Shown here piece after piece: positions 9,362-17,759 of a DNA stretch of 64,000 bases; position 1 is the first letter of the stretch, and each line of letters begins with the position of its first letter. The notes below the pieces were generated by a model. The model was not told where the DNA came from and did not search any database. It saw nothing but the letters and a program-made list of their open reading frames with translations. Position numbers and translations under genes: made by a program. Source of the DNA: Bacteroidota bacterium (GTDB taxonomy: Bacteria > Bacteroidota > Bacteroidia > Flavobacteriales > Weeksellaceae). The DNA is taken from NCBI GenBank assembly GCA_023419095.1, contig JAEZYN010000030.1, forward strand, positions 3,309 through 67,308. Reading direction: 5' to 3'.

Positions 9362-9827
9362 AATATTGAATGCTTAGATAAAGCTCCTCGGAAGGATTTA
9401 GCATGAAAGTCTGAATTTTAAACATCAGATTTTCAGGATGCAAAATTAGGGAAAAATCATCAAATGGCTCGGATGTTTTAATTACATAATCAACCTCCGG
9501 CGAATGTGGAAGCAGATAACGACACTCTTCTTCGCCTGAAAACAGTTCGTTTGACTGTTTCTTCTGCACGCTGCGGATGGATTTGTTTGAGATGAAGTGC
9601 ACGCAGATCTTTGAGTCTGTATGGTAGCCTTCAAATCTTGAAAAACTGTGATCGAAGTAGCTCCCACGTAAAATAAAATCGTTTATCCGGGTGAACTTAA
9701 AAGTATTAAGTAAATTGATGTGGTAGAAAAGTTCAAAATCCGGAATTTCTTTTGCGAGCCGTACGAGACCTATTTTGATATCGTAGGACTCAGCATCGAA
9801 ATTAAGCAGGATCTTTTGAGTTTTCAA
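9354..9827 (-). CDS. IPExxxVDY family protein
   Basis: 157 aa containing HSPEVDYVIK (the IPExxxVDY-type motif). It lies between rnc and pyk, as is common in Bacteroidota. It overlaps both neighbours by a few nucleotides. Confidence 0.65.
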   Translation of the reverse strand: MKTQKILLNFDAESYDIKIGLVRLAKEIPDFELFYHINLLNTFKFTRINDFILRGSYFDHSFSRFEGYHTDSKICVHFISNKSIRSVQKKQSNELFSGEEECRYLLPHSPEVDYVIKTSEPFDDFSLILHPENLMFKIQTFMLNPSEELYLSIQYYE

Positions 9828-10563
9828 GTATACTTTGTTTTTTATTTAAGATATAGAATGCACGCTGTGCCGCTTTTTCTTCAGCTTTTTTCTTGGAGGT
9901 TTCAGTGGCGTTGGCAATTTTGCGGTCGTTGATCCAGATGATGCTCCGGAAAACCACCTGCCTTCCCGGCTGCGTTTCCTGAAAAGTATCGTAACGGATC
10001 TGTTCTTTTTTCTTTTGAGACCATTCCAGCAGAAGGCTTTTGTAGCTCACGATCTTATTTTCAAGCTTGTTGATCGAGGTGGGTGTCAGTAAACGTTCCA
10101 GCACTACTTTTTTACACGTTTCATAATCTAAATCCAGATAGATCGCGCCAATAAGGGCTTCGAAAAGGTTGCCCGCAATATTTTCGCTCAGTGTGGAGGG
10201 TGTATCTGTCTGCAATATGTCTATCAGGCCCAGTTCTTCGCCCAGTTTGTTCAGGTTTTTCCTGTTGACAATTTTAGACTTCATTTGGGTAAGATAACCT
10301 TCATTAGCCTGCGGATAAGTCGAGAAAAGATGGCATGAAATGATGGCACCCAGCACGGAATCGCCGAGAAATTCAAGACGTTCGTAATTTTTAAGTTGCT
10401 TTGAAGATCCTGTTTTCAGTGAAAAAGCTTCACGGTAAAGATTGATGTTATAAACGTTGCAACCCGTTATCTTGCTTATTTCCAGACTTAGTAGGTAGTC
10501 TTTCTCTGAGAGCTTATTTTTTTTGGCACTAAGGAATTTAGGAAAATATTTCTTTAACTCCAT
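9802..10563 (-). CDS. rnc: ribonuclease III
   Basis: RNase III signature ERLEFLGDSVLG plus a C-terminal dsRBD (KKKAEEKAAQRA). The track ORF extends to 10620 but overlaps fabF. The ATG at 10563 (MELKKYF...) is preferred. Confidence 0.9.
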   Translation of the reverse strand: MELKKYFPKFLSAKKNKLSEKDYLLSLEISKITGCNVYNINLYREAFSLKTGSSKQLKNYERLEFLGDSVLGAIISCHLFSTYPQANEGYLTQMKSKIVNRKNLNKLGEELGLIDILQTDTPSTLSENIAGNLFEALIGAIYLDLDYETCKKVVLERLLTPTSINKLENKIVSYKSLLLEWSQKKKEQIRYDTFQETQPGRQVVFRSIIWINDRKIANATETSKKKAEEKAAQRAFYILNKKQSILENSKDPA

Positions 10564-10573
10564 CAGAGATTTC

Positions 10574-11818
10574 TTAGATTTTTGCGAAAAGTACACATGC
10601 ATTGTGCCCACCAAATCCAAAAGTATTGCTCATCGCAACATTTACCTCTTTTTCTACTGCTTTACGGAAAGTAAAATTCAGACGGCTGTCGATATTTTCG
10701 TCGTCCGTAAAGTGGTTGATAGTAGGTGGAACCACATTGTGGATGATAGTGTTTACAGCCGCGATAGCTTCTATCACGCCCGCCGCACCCAAAAGGTGGC
10801 CAGTCATCGACTTAGTGGAATTGATCTGGATGTCATACGCATGGTCGCCCAGCAGACGTGAGATTGCATTAGATTCCGCAATATCACCCAGCGGAGTAGA
10901 AGTACCATGCATATTGATGTGGTCTACATCATCGGTCGAAAGTCCGGCGTCTTCCAGACAGTTTTTCATCACCAGATATGCGCCCAACCCATCGGGATGA
11001 GGTGCCGTCATGTGATGTGCGTCAGCGCTCATACCGCCGCCTTTGAGTTCAGCATAAATTGTGGCGCCACGTTTTTTAGCGTGCTCATATTCTTCAAGGA
11101 TAATTGTTCCCCCACCTTCGCCAAGCACAAAGCCATCCCGGTCTTTATCGAACGGTCTGGAGGCTGTGGTAGGATCATCATTTCTCGTCGAGAGTGCCAT
11201 CATCGCATTAAAGCCGCCCACGCCGCTCGCGGTAACTGCAGCTTCCGAACCTCCACAAACAATGACGTCTGCTTTCCCAAGCTGAATAAGCATCTTTGCG
11301 TCAATAAGTGCATTGGCAGATGATGCGCACGCTGAAACTGTGGTATAGTTGGGGCCATGAAAGCCGTACTCGATAGAAATCTGACCGCCTGTAATGTCGG
11401 CAATCATCTTAGGTATGAAGAATGGGTTAAATCGTGGGATATCTGTATTAGCCCAGCCTAAAACTTCATTTTCAAAAGTTTCCAGACCACCAATACCTGA
11501 TCCCCAAATGACACCAACCCGGTTTTTGTCAATTTCGGCCGAAAGAATGCCGGAGTGTTCTACAGCTTCCCGGGCCGCTACGATGCCAAGCTGCGTGTTT
11601 CGGTCCATCTTTTTAGACTCTTTCTTATCGAAATGGTCTAATGGATTGAAATTTTTTACCTCGCAGGCAAACTTGGTTTTAAATTGAGTGGCATCAAAAA
11701 GAGTAATTGGAGCAGCACCGCTCACACCTTTTACAAGGTTTTCCCAGTAATCTTTGGCATTATTTCCAATAGGCGTAATAGCGCCAAAACCGGTAACAAC
11801 TACTCTTTTTAATTCCAT
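10574..11818 (-). CDS. fabF: beta-ketoacyl-ACP synthase II
   Basis: 414 aa. It has the active-site region TVSACASS, the catalytic histidines (HMTAPHP, NMHGTSTP) and C-terminal FGFGGHNA. Confidence 0.95.
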   Translation of the reverse strand: MELKRVVVTGFGAITPIGNNAKDYWENLVKGVSGAAPITLFDATQFKTKFACEVKNFNPLDHFDKKESKKMDRNTQLGIVAAREAVEHSGILSAEIDKNRVGVIWGSGIGGLETFENEVLGWANTDIPRFNPFFIPKMIADITGGQISIEYGFHGPNYTTVSACASSANALIDAKMLIQLGKADVIVCGGSEAAVTASGVGGFNAMMALSTRNDDPTTASRPFDKDRDGFVLGEGGGTIILEEYEHAKKRGATIYAELKGGGMSADAHHMTAPHPDGLGAYLVMKNCLEDAGLSTDDVDHINMHGTSTPLGDIAESNAISRLLGDHAYDIQINSTKSMTGHLLGAAGVIEAIAAVNTIIHNVVPPTINHFTDDENIDSRLNFTFRKAVEKEVNVAMSNTFGFGGHNACVLFAKI

Positions 11819-11843
11819 AAATTTTAATTTCTAAAAAATGCTA

Positions 11844-12083
11844 TTATTTGTTTACTACCTCTTCAATATAGGTAATAGCGTGACCAACAGTGGTAATTTT
11901 TTCTGCTTGGTCATCTGGGATCTGAATGTTGAATTCTTTTTCAAATTCCATGATAAGTTCTACAGTATCCAGGGAGTCTGCGCCTAAGTCGTTGGTAAAG
12001 CTAGCTTCTGGAGTTACTTCTGTTTCCTCAACGTCGAGTTTATCAGCAATAATAGCTTTTACTCTTGATGCAATGTCTGACAT
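11844..12083 (-). CDS. acpP: acyl carrier protein
   Basis: 79 aa with the phosphopantetheine site [11 protein letters not shown]. Confidence 0.95.
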   Translation of the reverse strand: MSDIASRVKAIIADKLDVEETEVTPEASFTNDLGADSLDTVELIMEFEKEFNIQIPDDQAEKITTVGHAITYIEEVVNK

Positions 12084-12211
12084 AGTAATTTATTTTTATT
12101 AGTTGTTAATAGCTGCAAATATATAAAATTCTTTGGCAATCGGAATTATTTTGCGAAAATATAGAGGCAATAGCCGCACCATTTACACGTTATTCCCGAA
12201 GTTTTTTAATC

Positions 12212-12239
12212 AAAAAAAAAGCCCGATTTTCATCGGGCT
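12212..12239 (-). terminator. rho-independent terminator downstream of the T9SS-substrate gene
   Basis: The minus strand reads AGCCCGAT-gaaa-ATCGGGCT followed by T9. Confidence 0.8.
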
Positions 12240-12258
12240 CTCTGATGACTATTCAATG

Positions 12259-14046
12259 TTATTTTTTTACAACTTTGAAAGATTCGTTTTTACCATTCTC
12301 AAGAATAGTACTTACGATATACATGCCTGGTGCAAGTTTGCTCATATCTACTTTACCATTGTTAAGTTTTGATGATACCGGCATTTTTTGGCCGTTTGCA
12401 TTGTAGATATGTACTGTTTCAACTTTAATCTTAGAATCAATGGTCAGGTAATCTTTCACAGGGTTTGGATAGAACGATACATTTCTGCTTCCTGACTCGC
12501 TCACAGCTGCTACGGTACAGTCTGCATCGATTACCATATTGCTGTCATAATGTTGGCCAGGTGCGGTATCACTGGTGATCTGTGTCCATGTTGCGCCACC
12601 GTCTGTAGAAATGTAGTTTGATTTTGTATTCCAACCTTCAGTGTACTGATAACCGATCCAATACATGCTGGTATTGCTTGCAGAGATCGCCTGAAGTGAA
12701 ATCCAGTACCTTGTATCAGCTGTAGTGTTCACTGGCAGACTGTAACCACCTAGATTCACTTTCACGGCAAATGTAGGATAACCTGCAAATGTACCTGGTA
12801 GAGTAGTTACGCTTTCCGGCGCTACGTTGCTGATAGTATGTATCACTGTTCCCGGGGTGTCAGTCGCAGAATTGCTCATTATCTGAACATTAAATGCTGT
12901 AATATCTGCTCCGCCTGTTGGTGCTAAAGGTACAATGTCAGCAGTAATGCTTTGTAACTTATAAGCTGCACTTTCCATTGGTACAAAGAAGTCATTTGCA
13001 ACCGCATAGTTTAGTGTAGCGTTTTTAACGATGTTATTAGCAAGGTCAGGTGTTCCTGCATAAGTTTGGTCGCATCCGTAGTCTGGCTCTACCGGTGCGC
13101 TGCCGCATTTTACAGATCTTGTATGAGCGGTAGCCGAGGTACCGCTACCACAGTCAACGCTTGTGTGAGAGTAGAATCTGATCGTGCCTGTTACATCTGA
13201 CGTCCACGATACTGAACCTGCGCCACCAGCTAAAATCGTTGGTGTAGCTGTATTATTCGTAATAGTGATGTAGTAAGCAGGATTTGAAACACTAAAGGTG
13301 TAATTTACTCCACTTGTTACATTTAACACAGAGTATTCACCAGTCCACGCTGCAGTGGTAATATTATATACACTTCCATTACAGTTTGGTGTTACTGCCG
13401 AAGTTGGGAACTGTCCGTTAGGCGACGTTGTACAACCAACAGGAGCGATTCTCAGGGTGTAATCTTCAACTTCACCGTATGCGCCAGTTGTACAGGCATC
13501 AGTAACTGCAGGATTGTCAGTACCCGTGGCAGCCACCATCACGCGGAGTCGGTAAGAACCGGGTGCCAGCGTTGCCGGAATAGTTATATTTCCATTAAGT
13601 GTGGAAACTTCGAAATCAGATCCTTCGCCAACTTCACCCAGAAACTCATCAGCATCAAAGGTTTCATTGTTATTTAAATCCAGCCATACCGAAACACGCT
13701 CAAACCAACCGTCGCCTACAGTAACAGAAATAGGATAAGACTGTCCCGCAACGATAGTTCCTACCGTGGCAGTATAATCGCCGTAGCCACCCGGGCTGCA
13801 GGTAGTAGTGTTATTAATGCCTGCAACAGTGACATTAGTAATCAGATCGCCATCACTACAGTCTGAGGACGGCAGACAGTAAGCAGTCGGCATCTTTGAA
13901 GTAGCTGTGCTTAAAGATGGGCCTGCAACAAGTTTAGAATTTTTTGGGTAAACTGATTCTTTCGAATTTTGGGAATTTCGGGCATTTTGCGAAAAACCCA
14001 GGAGTGGCAGCATCAGAACCGCCAACAGAGGTAGTTTTTTTCTCAT
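12259..14046 (-). CDS. T9SS type A sorting domain-containing secreted protein with GEVED-like domain
   Basis: Signal peptide MRKKLPLLAVLMLPLLGFSQ. A GYGDYT...GEVEDYTLRI stretch looks like a GEVED domain. The C-terminal FYPNPVKDYLTI...YIVSTILENGKNESFKVVKK is typical of the Por/T9SS CTD. Confidence 0.8.
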   Translation of the reverse strand: MRKKLPLLAVLMLPLLGFSQNARNSQNSKESVYPKNSKLVAGPSLSTATSKMPTAYCLPSSDCSDGDLITNVTVAGINNTTTCSPGGYGDYTATVGTIVAGQSYPISVTVGDGWFERVSVWLDLNNNETFDADEFLGEVGEGSDFEVSTLNGNITIPATLAPGSYRLRVMVAATGTDNPAVTDACTTGAYGEVEDYTLRIAPVGCTTSPNGQFPTSAVTPNCNGSVYNITTAAWTGEYSVLNVTSGVNYTFSVSNPAYYITITNNTATPTILAGGAGSVSWTSDVTGTIRFYSHTSVDCGSGTSATAHTRSVKCGSAPVEPDYGCDQTYAGTPDLANNIVKNATLNYAVANDFFVPMESAAYKLQSITADIVPLAPTGGADITAFNVQIMSNSATDTPGTVIHTISNVAPESVTTLPGTFAGYPTFAVKVNLGGYSLPVNTTADTRYWISLQAISASNTSMYWIGYQYTEGWNTKSNYISTDGGATWTQITSDTAPGQHYDSNMVIDADCTVAAVSESGSRNVSFYPNPVKDYLTIDSKIKVETVHIYNANGQKMPVSSKLNNGKVDMSKLAPGMYIVSTILENGKNESFKVVKK

Positions 14047-14209
14047 TTTTAAAAATTTTAATTAATGAATGATTTGAACTCCCTAAGTTAAAAATTAAAT
14101 TTAAATAAAAAAGCTTTTTACTGTATTATTTGCATTAATAAATAAAAAAATTAAAGATAGTGTATTAGGAAACGAAAAAAAATGCAGTGTTGATAATAGG
14201 TTATATCGC

Positions 14210-15127
14210 TTACACACACATGAACCATTCATTGAGAAGACTTGCTGCCAGCCGCGAAGTTCGCTGATCCGGGTCAAACTTAGGGTTCACTTCTGCCACA
14301 TCCATCGCGCGAAGTTTTGTGTTGCTTAAAATATGTTTGTACAAATGCATGAATGCCGCATCTGCGAAAATACCGTTATACGCCGGTGCAGAAACGCCCG
14401 GTGCGATTGCCACATTGAATGTATCCATGCAAATGGTAAGGTATAGTAAATCGGTTTGGGAAATAAAGCTGTCGAGCCGTTCATAAAGATTGGGTAGGTT
14501 TTCAAAAAAGAGTTCGTCCGCAAGAAAGTACTCCATTCCGAGCTGATGCGCCGTGTCAAAAAGCTTCAGAGTATTCGAGTTTTTTTGAATACCGATATGC
14601 AGCGAATTCAGTTTTCCCTCCTGTGCGATCTGCCAAAAACCCGTGCCGGAACTCGCGCCAACCGAAGGATCGGGCTCACGGCTATCAAAATGGGCGTCAA
14701 TATTGACGATTCCAATTCTGCTGTCAGGAAATGCTTTCTTTAATCCTGTGTAGTGCGCGAACATTACCTCGTGTCCGCCTCCTAAAACGACGGATTGTGC
14801 ACCCTTAAGTACGGTTTCAGTGACTTTATGTGCAAGTTCATCCTGGGCTTTTTGCAGATTTTGATCTTCGCAAATAACATTTCCAAAATCATGCAGTACA
14901 AAGTCCTGATTTACCACCGGAAAATTACTCATATTCTGGCGAATCAGGTCGGGAGCATCTTTGGCACCGACCCGGCCCTTGTTGCGGCGTACGCCTTCAT
15001 CTACGGCAAAACCGTGCAAAACGAAATCTTTAGGTTGGATTTTATTGTAATCGTTATTCAACATTACATGCTGAAACAGCCTGTGATGAAGTGCGTCTTC
15101 ACCATCAAAACGACCTTTCCAAATCAT
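14210..15127 (-). CDS. arginase-family hydrolase, formimidoylglutamase-like
   Basis: 305 aa with ureohydrolase metal-binding motifs GGGHEV, NIDAHFD and DVAEVNP. The N-terminal W.GR.D pattern resembles HutG. Confidence 0.7.
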   Translation of the reverse strand: MIWKGRFDGEDALHHRLFQHVMLNNDYNKIQPKDFVLHGFAVDEGVRRNKGRVGAKDAPDLIRQNMSNFPVVNQDFVLHDFGNVICEDQNLQKAQDELAHKVTETVLKGAQSVVLGGGHEVMFAHYTGLKKAFPDSRIGIVNIDAHFDSREPDPSVGASSGTGFWQIAQEGKLNSLHIGIQKNSNTLKLFDTAHQLGMEYFLADELFFENLPNLYERLDSFISQTDLLYLTICMDTFNVAIAPGVSAPAYNGIFADAAFMHLYKHILSNTKLRAMDVAEVNPKFDPDQRTSRLAASLLNEWFMCV

Positions 15128-15160
15128 CCGGAAATTATTAATTAAAATTTATTATCAGAC

Positions 15161-16096
15161 TTAAACCGACAGTTGCTCTTTTGCGGCGTAGGCCATCGCT
15201 GCTTCTTTCACCCACGAATGTTCGCGCTGCGCTTTTCGCTTAGTTTCCAGACGTTTTTTGTTACACGGGCCATTACCTTTCAGTACTTCCATGAATTCAT
15301 CCCAGGGCAGCTCACCGAAATCGTAATGTTTTGTTTCTTCATTCCATTTCAGTTTCTCATCAGGGATTTTAAGACCTAAGAATTCCGCCTGCTCCACGGT
15401 AACATCTACAAATCTCTGTCGTAAAGCATCGTTACTTTCCCGCTTTACCCGGTACGCCATAGATTTTTGGGAATTTGGAGAAGCGTCGTCATTAGGACCA
15501 AACATCATCAGTGCAGGCCACCAAAAACGGTTCAGGGCATCCTGCGCCATTTCTTTCTGCTCCTTCGTTCCGCGGCAAAGTGTCATCAGAATTTCGTAAC
15601 CCTGACGCTGGTGGAAAGATTCTTCTTTGCAAATCCGCACCATCGCCCGGGAATATGGACCATAGGAATTACCCATCAGCATTACCTGATTCATAATTGC
15701 AGCGCCATCAACCAGCCAGCCAATTGCGCCAATATCTGCCCACGAAAGCGCCGGATAATTGAAAATACTTGAATATTTGGCTTTTCCGGAAAGCATATCT
15801 TGGTAGGTGGAATCTCTGTCTGCTGCTATTTCTCCGTTATTGAGCGTTTCCGCAGCTGCATACAGATAGAGTCCGTGGCCGGCTTCATCCTGTATCTTGG
15901 CCATCAATGCCATTTTGCGTCGCAGCGAGGGCGCGCGCGTGATCCAGTTGGCTTCCGGCAGCATACCCACCACTTCGGAATGCGCATGCTGAGAGATTTG
16001 CCGAACCAGGAGTTTCCGGTAATCTTCGGGCATTACATCTTTTGGCTCAACCTTATTTTCGGCCTGAACGTATTTTAAAAATTTATCCTGAGTCAT
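15161..16096 (-). CDS. paaA: 1,2-phenylacetyl-CoA epoxidase subunit A (di-iron oxygenase)
   Basis: 311 aa with ferritin-like di-iron motifs (HAHSE..., QDEAGH, ...EESFH). The N-terminal region is typical of PaaA. Confidence 0.85.
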   Translation of the reverse strand: MTQDKFLKYVQAENKVEPKDVMPEDYRKLLVRQISQHAHSEVVGMLPEANWITRAPSLRRKMALMAKIQDEAGHGLYLYAAAETLNNGEIAADRDSTYQDMLSGKAKYSSIFNYPALSWADIGAIGWLVDGAAIMNQVMLMGNSYGPYSRAMVRICKEESFHQRQGYEILMTLCRGTKEQKEMAQDALNRFWWPALMMFGPNDDASPNSQKSMAYRVKRESNDALRQRFVDVTVEQAEFLGLKIPDEKLKWNEETKHYDFGELPWDEFMEVLKGNGPCNKKRLETKRKAQREHSWVKEAAMAYAAKEQLSV

Positions 16097-16130
16097 CTTT
16101 TTTGTTTTTAATTAATTTGTTGCAGTACAC

Positions 16131-16388
16131 TTACCATTTTCCCTCGCGTAAATCATCTTTCACGTAAACGCCTACTTTTGCATCACTGAATTCACCGGCC
16201 ACGAAGTTTACCGTTTTGTCGTTATCAACAATCTGATATTCTTTGAAAAAATAAATATTGCCGCCATCCGGTCCTGTGACTTCCACTTTTTTATTGACGC
16301 AATGCCAATAGTGATTCCAGATGTTTAAACCTCCAATGCGAAATTCTTCATTTTCGCGAATAGTCTTTGCAAATTTCCAGTAGTTCAT
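16131..16388 (-). CDS. small hypothetical protein between paaE and paaA
   Basis: Track ORF 16131-16457 overlaps paaE, so the ATG at 16388 (MNYWKFAKTIRENEEF...) is preferred. It does not resemble PaaB by eye. Confidence 0.5.
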   Translation of the reverse strand: MNYWKFAKTIRENEEFRIGGLNIWNHYWHCVNKKVEVTGPDGGNIYFFKEYQIVDNDKTVNFVAGEFSDAKVGVYVKDDLREGKW

Positions 16389-16405
16389 TTTTCGTTGTTT
16401 AAGGG

Positions 16406-17494
16406 TTAAACATCGTAATTCAGCATCACCACATTCGTGGTTGGGTGGCATTGGCATGTGAGTACGAAACCGCGCTCCACTTCATCCTCTGTCAGCGCGA
16501 AATTTTTCTCCATGAAAACTTCGCCTTCCATCACCTGCGCTTTACACGTGCAGCACACGCCGCCTTTGCAGGCAAACGGCACAGGCAGTTTTTCGGTTAG
16601 TGCCTGGTCTAAGATACTGTTTTTCTTTGAATTAAGATGAAAAGAATATTCGTCGTCATCTATAATTAAAGTTACCATGCTTTCAAGATTGGGGATCGCT
16701 TTGAACTCGTCGCTCATCTCAGCATTCTCTTCATCGTCCGGTGCGGCGTAATATTCATATAAAATCTGAAGCGACGGCACTTTTTTCTCATTTTTAAGAT
16801 AGCCGGATACGCTTTTTATCATTTCAGACGGGCCACAAATAAAATAGGTAGCCTCGCGAACAGGAATATCTTTGAATCTTTCAAGCAGTTCATCCAGTTT
16901 TGGCGCGCAGATTCTGCCTTCAAAAAGCTCGTCTTCAAAATGTTTTTCACGTGAGAGGAGATAAACTACTTTCAGCCTTCCGGCAAATTTTTCCACCAGC
17001 GCATCAATATCTTCTTTAAAAATAATGTCGTTAAGACTTCTGTTGCTGTAAAACAGATAAGCCTTGCTTTTCGGTTCCTGGTATAATGCTTCTTTCAGAT
17101 TTGATAGCACCGGCGAAATACCGCTTCCCGCAGCTAAGCCCACATATGTTTTTTCGTTTGAAATATGATGATTGGTGTAAAAATGACCCGCAGGCGCGGA
17201 AACTTCCACCATTTGGCCGGGAAAAATATTCTCATTTAAAATGGAAGAGACGCGGCCGTTTTCCAGATGTTTTACCAGAATTTCGAGATCTGTGTTTTCT
17301 TCAGTCGGAGCATTGACGATGGAATAAGAGCGTCGCAGATCTTCGTCGCCTGCAAAAAACCTTACATTCAGATATTGGCCCTGCTTAAAAGAAAACTCCG
17401 GCTTCAGATGTGCAGGGATCTCGAAGGCAATATTTACGGAATCGTTTGTTTTCTTCGCTACTTTGGTCGTTTTTAAAAGATGAAAATGATGCAT
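16406..17494 (-). CDS. paaE: phenylacetate-CoA oxygenase/reductase subunit (FNR-like flavin/NAD domains plus C-terminal 2Fe-2S ferredoxin)
   Basis: 362 aa with FAD-binding RSYS, NAD-binding GSGISP and the plant-type ferredoxin cluster CKGGVCCTCKA...C. Confidence 0.85.
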   Translation of the reverse strand: MHHFHLLKTTKVAKKTNDSVNIAFEIPAHLKPEFSFKQGQYLNVRFFAGDEDLRRSYSIVNAPTEENTDLEILVKHLENGRVSSILNENIFPGQMVEVSAPAGHFYTNHHISNEKTYVGLAAGSGISPVLSNLKEALYQEPKSKAYLFYSNRSLNDIIFKEDIDALVEKFAGRLKVVYLLSREKHFEDELFEGRICAPKLDELLERFKDIPVREATYFICGPSEMIKSVSGYLKNEKKVPSLQILYEYYAAPDDEENAEMSDEFKAIPNLESMVTLIIDDDEYSFHLNSKKNSILDQALTEKLPVPFACKGGVCCTCKAQVMEGEVFMEKNFALTEDEVERGFVLTCQCHPTTNVVMLNYDV

Positions 17495-17614
17495 ATAAAA
17501 AGCTGACTACATTATTAAAAGTGTGTGAAACAAATATAATGTTTTTTGCGATTGGAGAATTTAAGTAAAGTGATGGCACGCAAATACACGTTTTTGACTT
17601 TGGTGCACTAAATT

Positions 17615-17675
17615 CGGAAATTATGTCTTAAAACATTCACATTCAAATATTTAAAACGGAAATTATGTCTTTAAA
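17615..17675 (+). promoter_or_regulatory. pair of 19-bp direct repeats upstream of clpB (candidate operator)
   Basis: CGGAAATTATGTCTTAAAA (17615-17633) and CGGAAATTATGTCTTTAAA (17657-17675) start 42 bp apart. They lie about 85-145 bp upstream of the clpB ATG. Confidence 0.4.
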
Positions 17676-17759
17676 GTGTTTGATTTTCTGCTGAAAGTAT
17701 AATTTTTGCTGCCAACACGATATCATTTCAAATCAAACTTTTAACACAAAATTTTTAAT

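Noticed and set aside
16131-16388. Calling the 85-aa ORF PaaB
   Set aside because: Size and position are suggestive. The sequence (MNYWKFAKTIRENEEFRIGGLNIWNHYWH...) shows no resemblance to the PaaB sequences I remember. It is left as hypothetical.
17601-17620. CIRCE heat-shock operator upstream of clpB (GTGCACTAA resembles a CIRCE half-site)
   Set aside because: Only a partial half-site is present, with no matching inverted partner at 9-nt spacing. It is not a CIRCE element.
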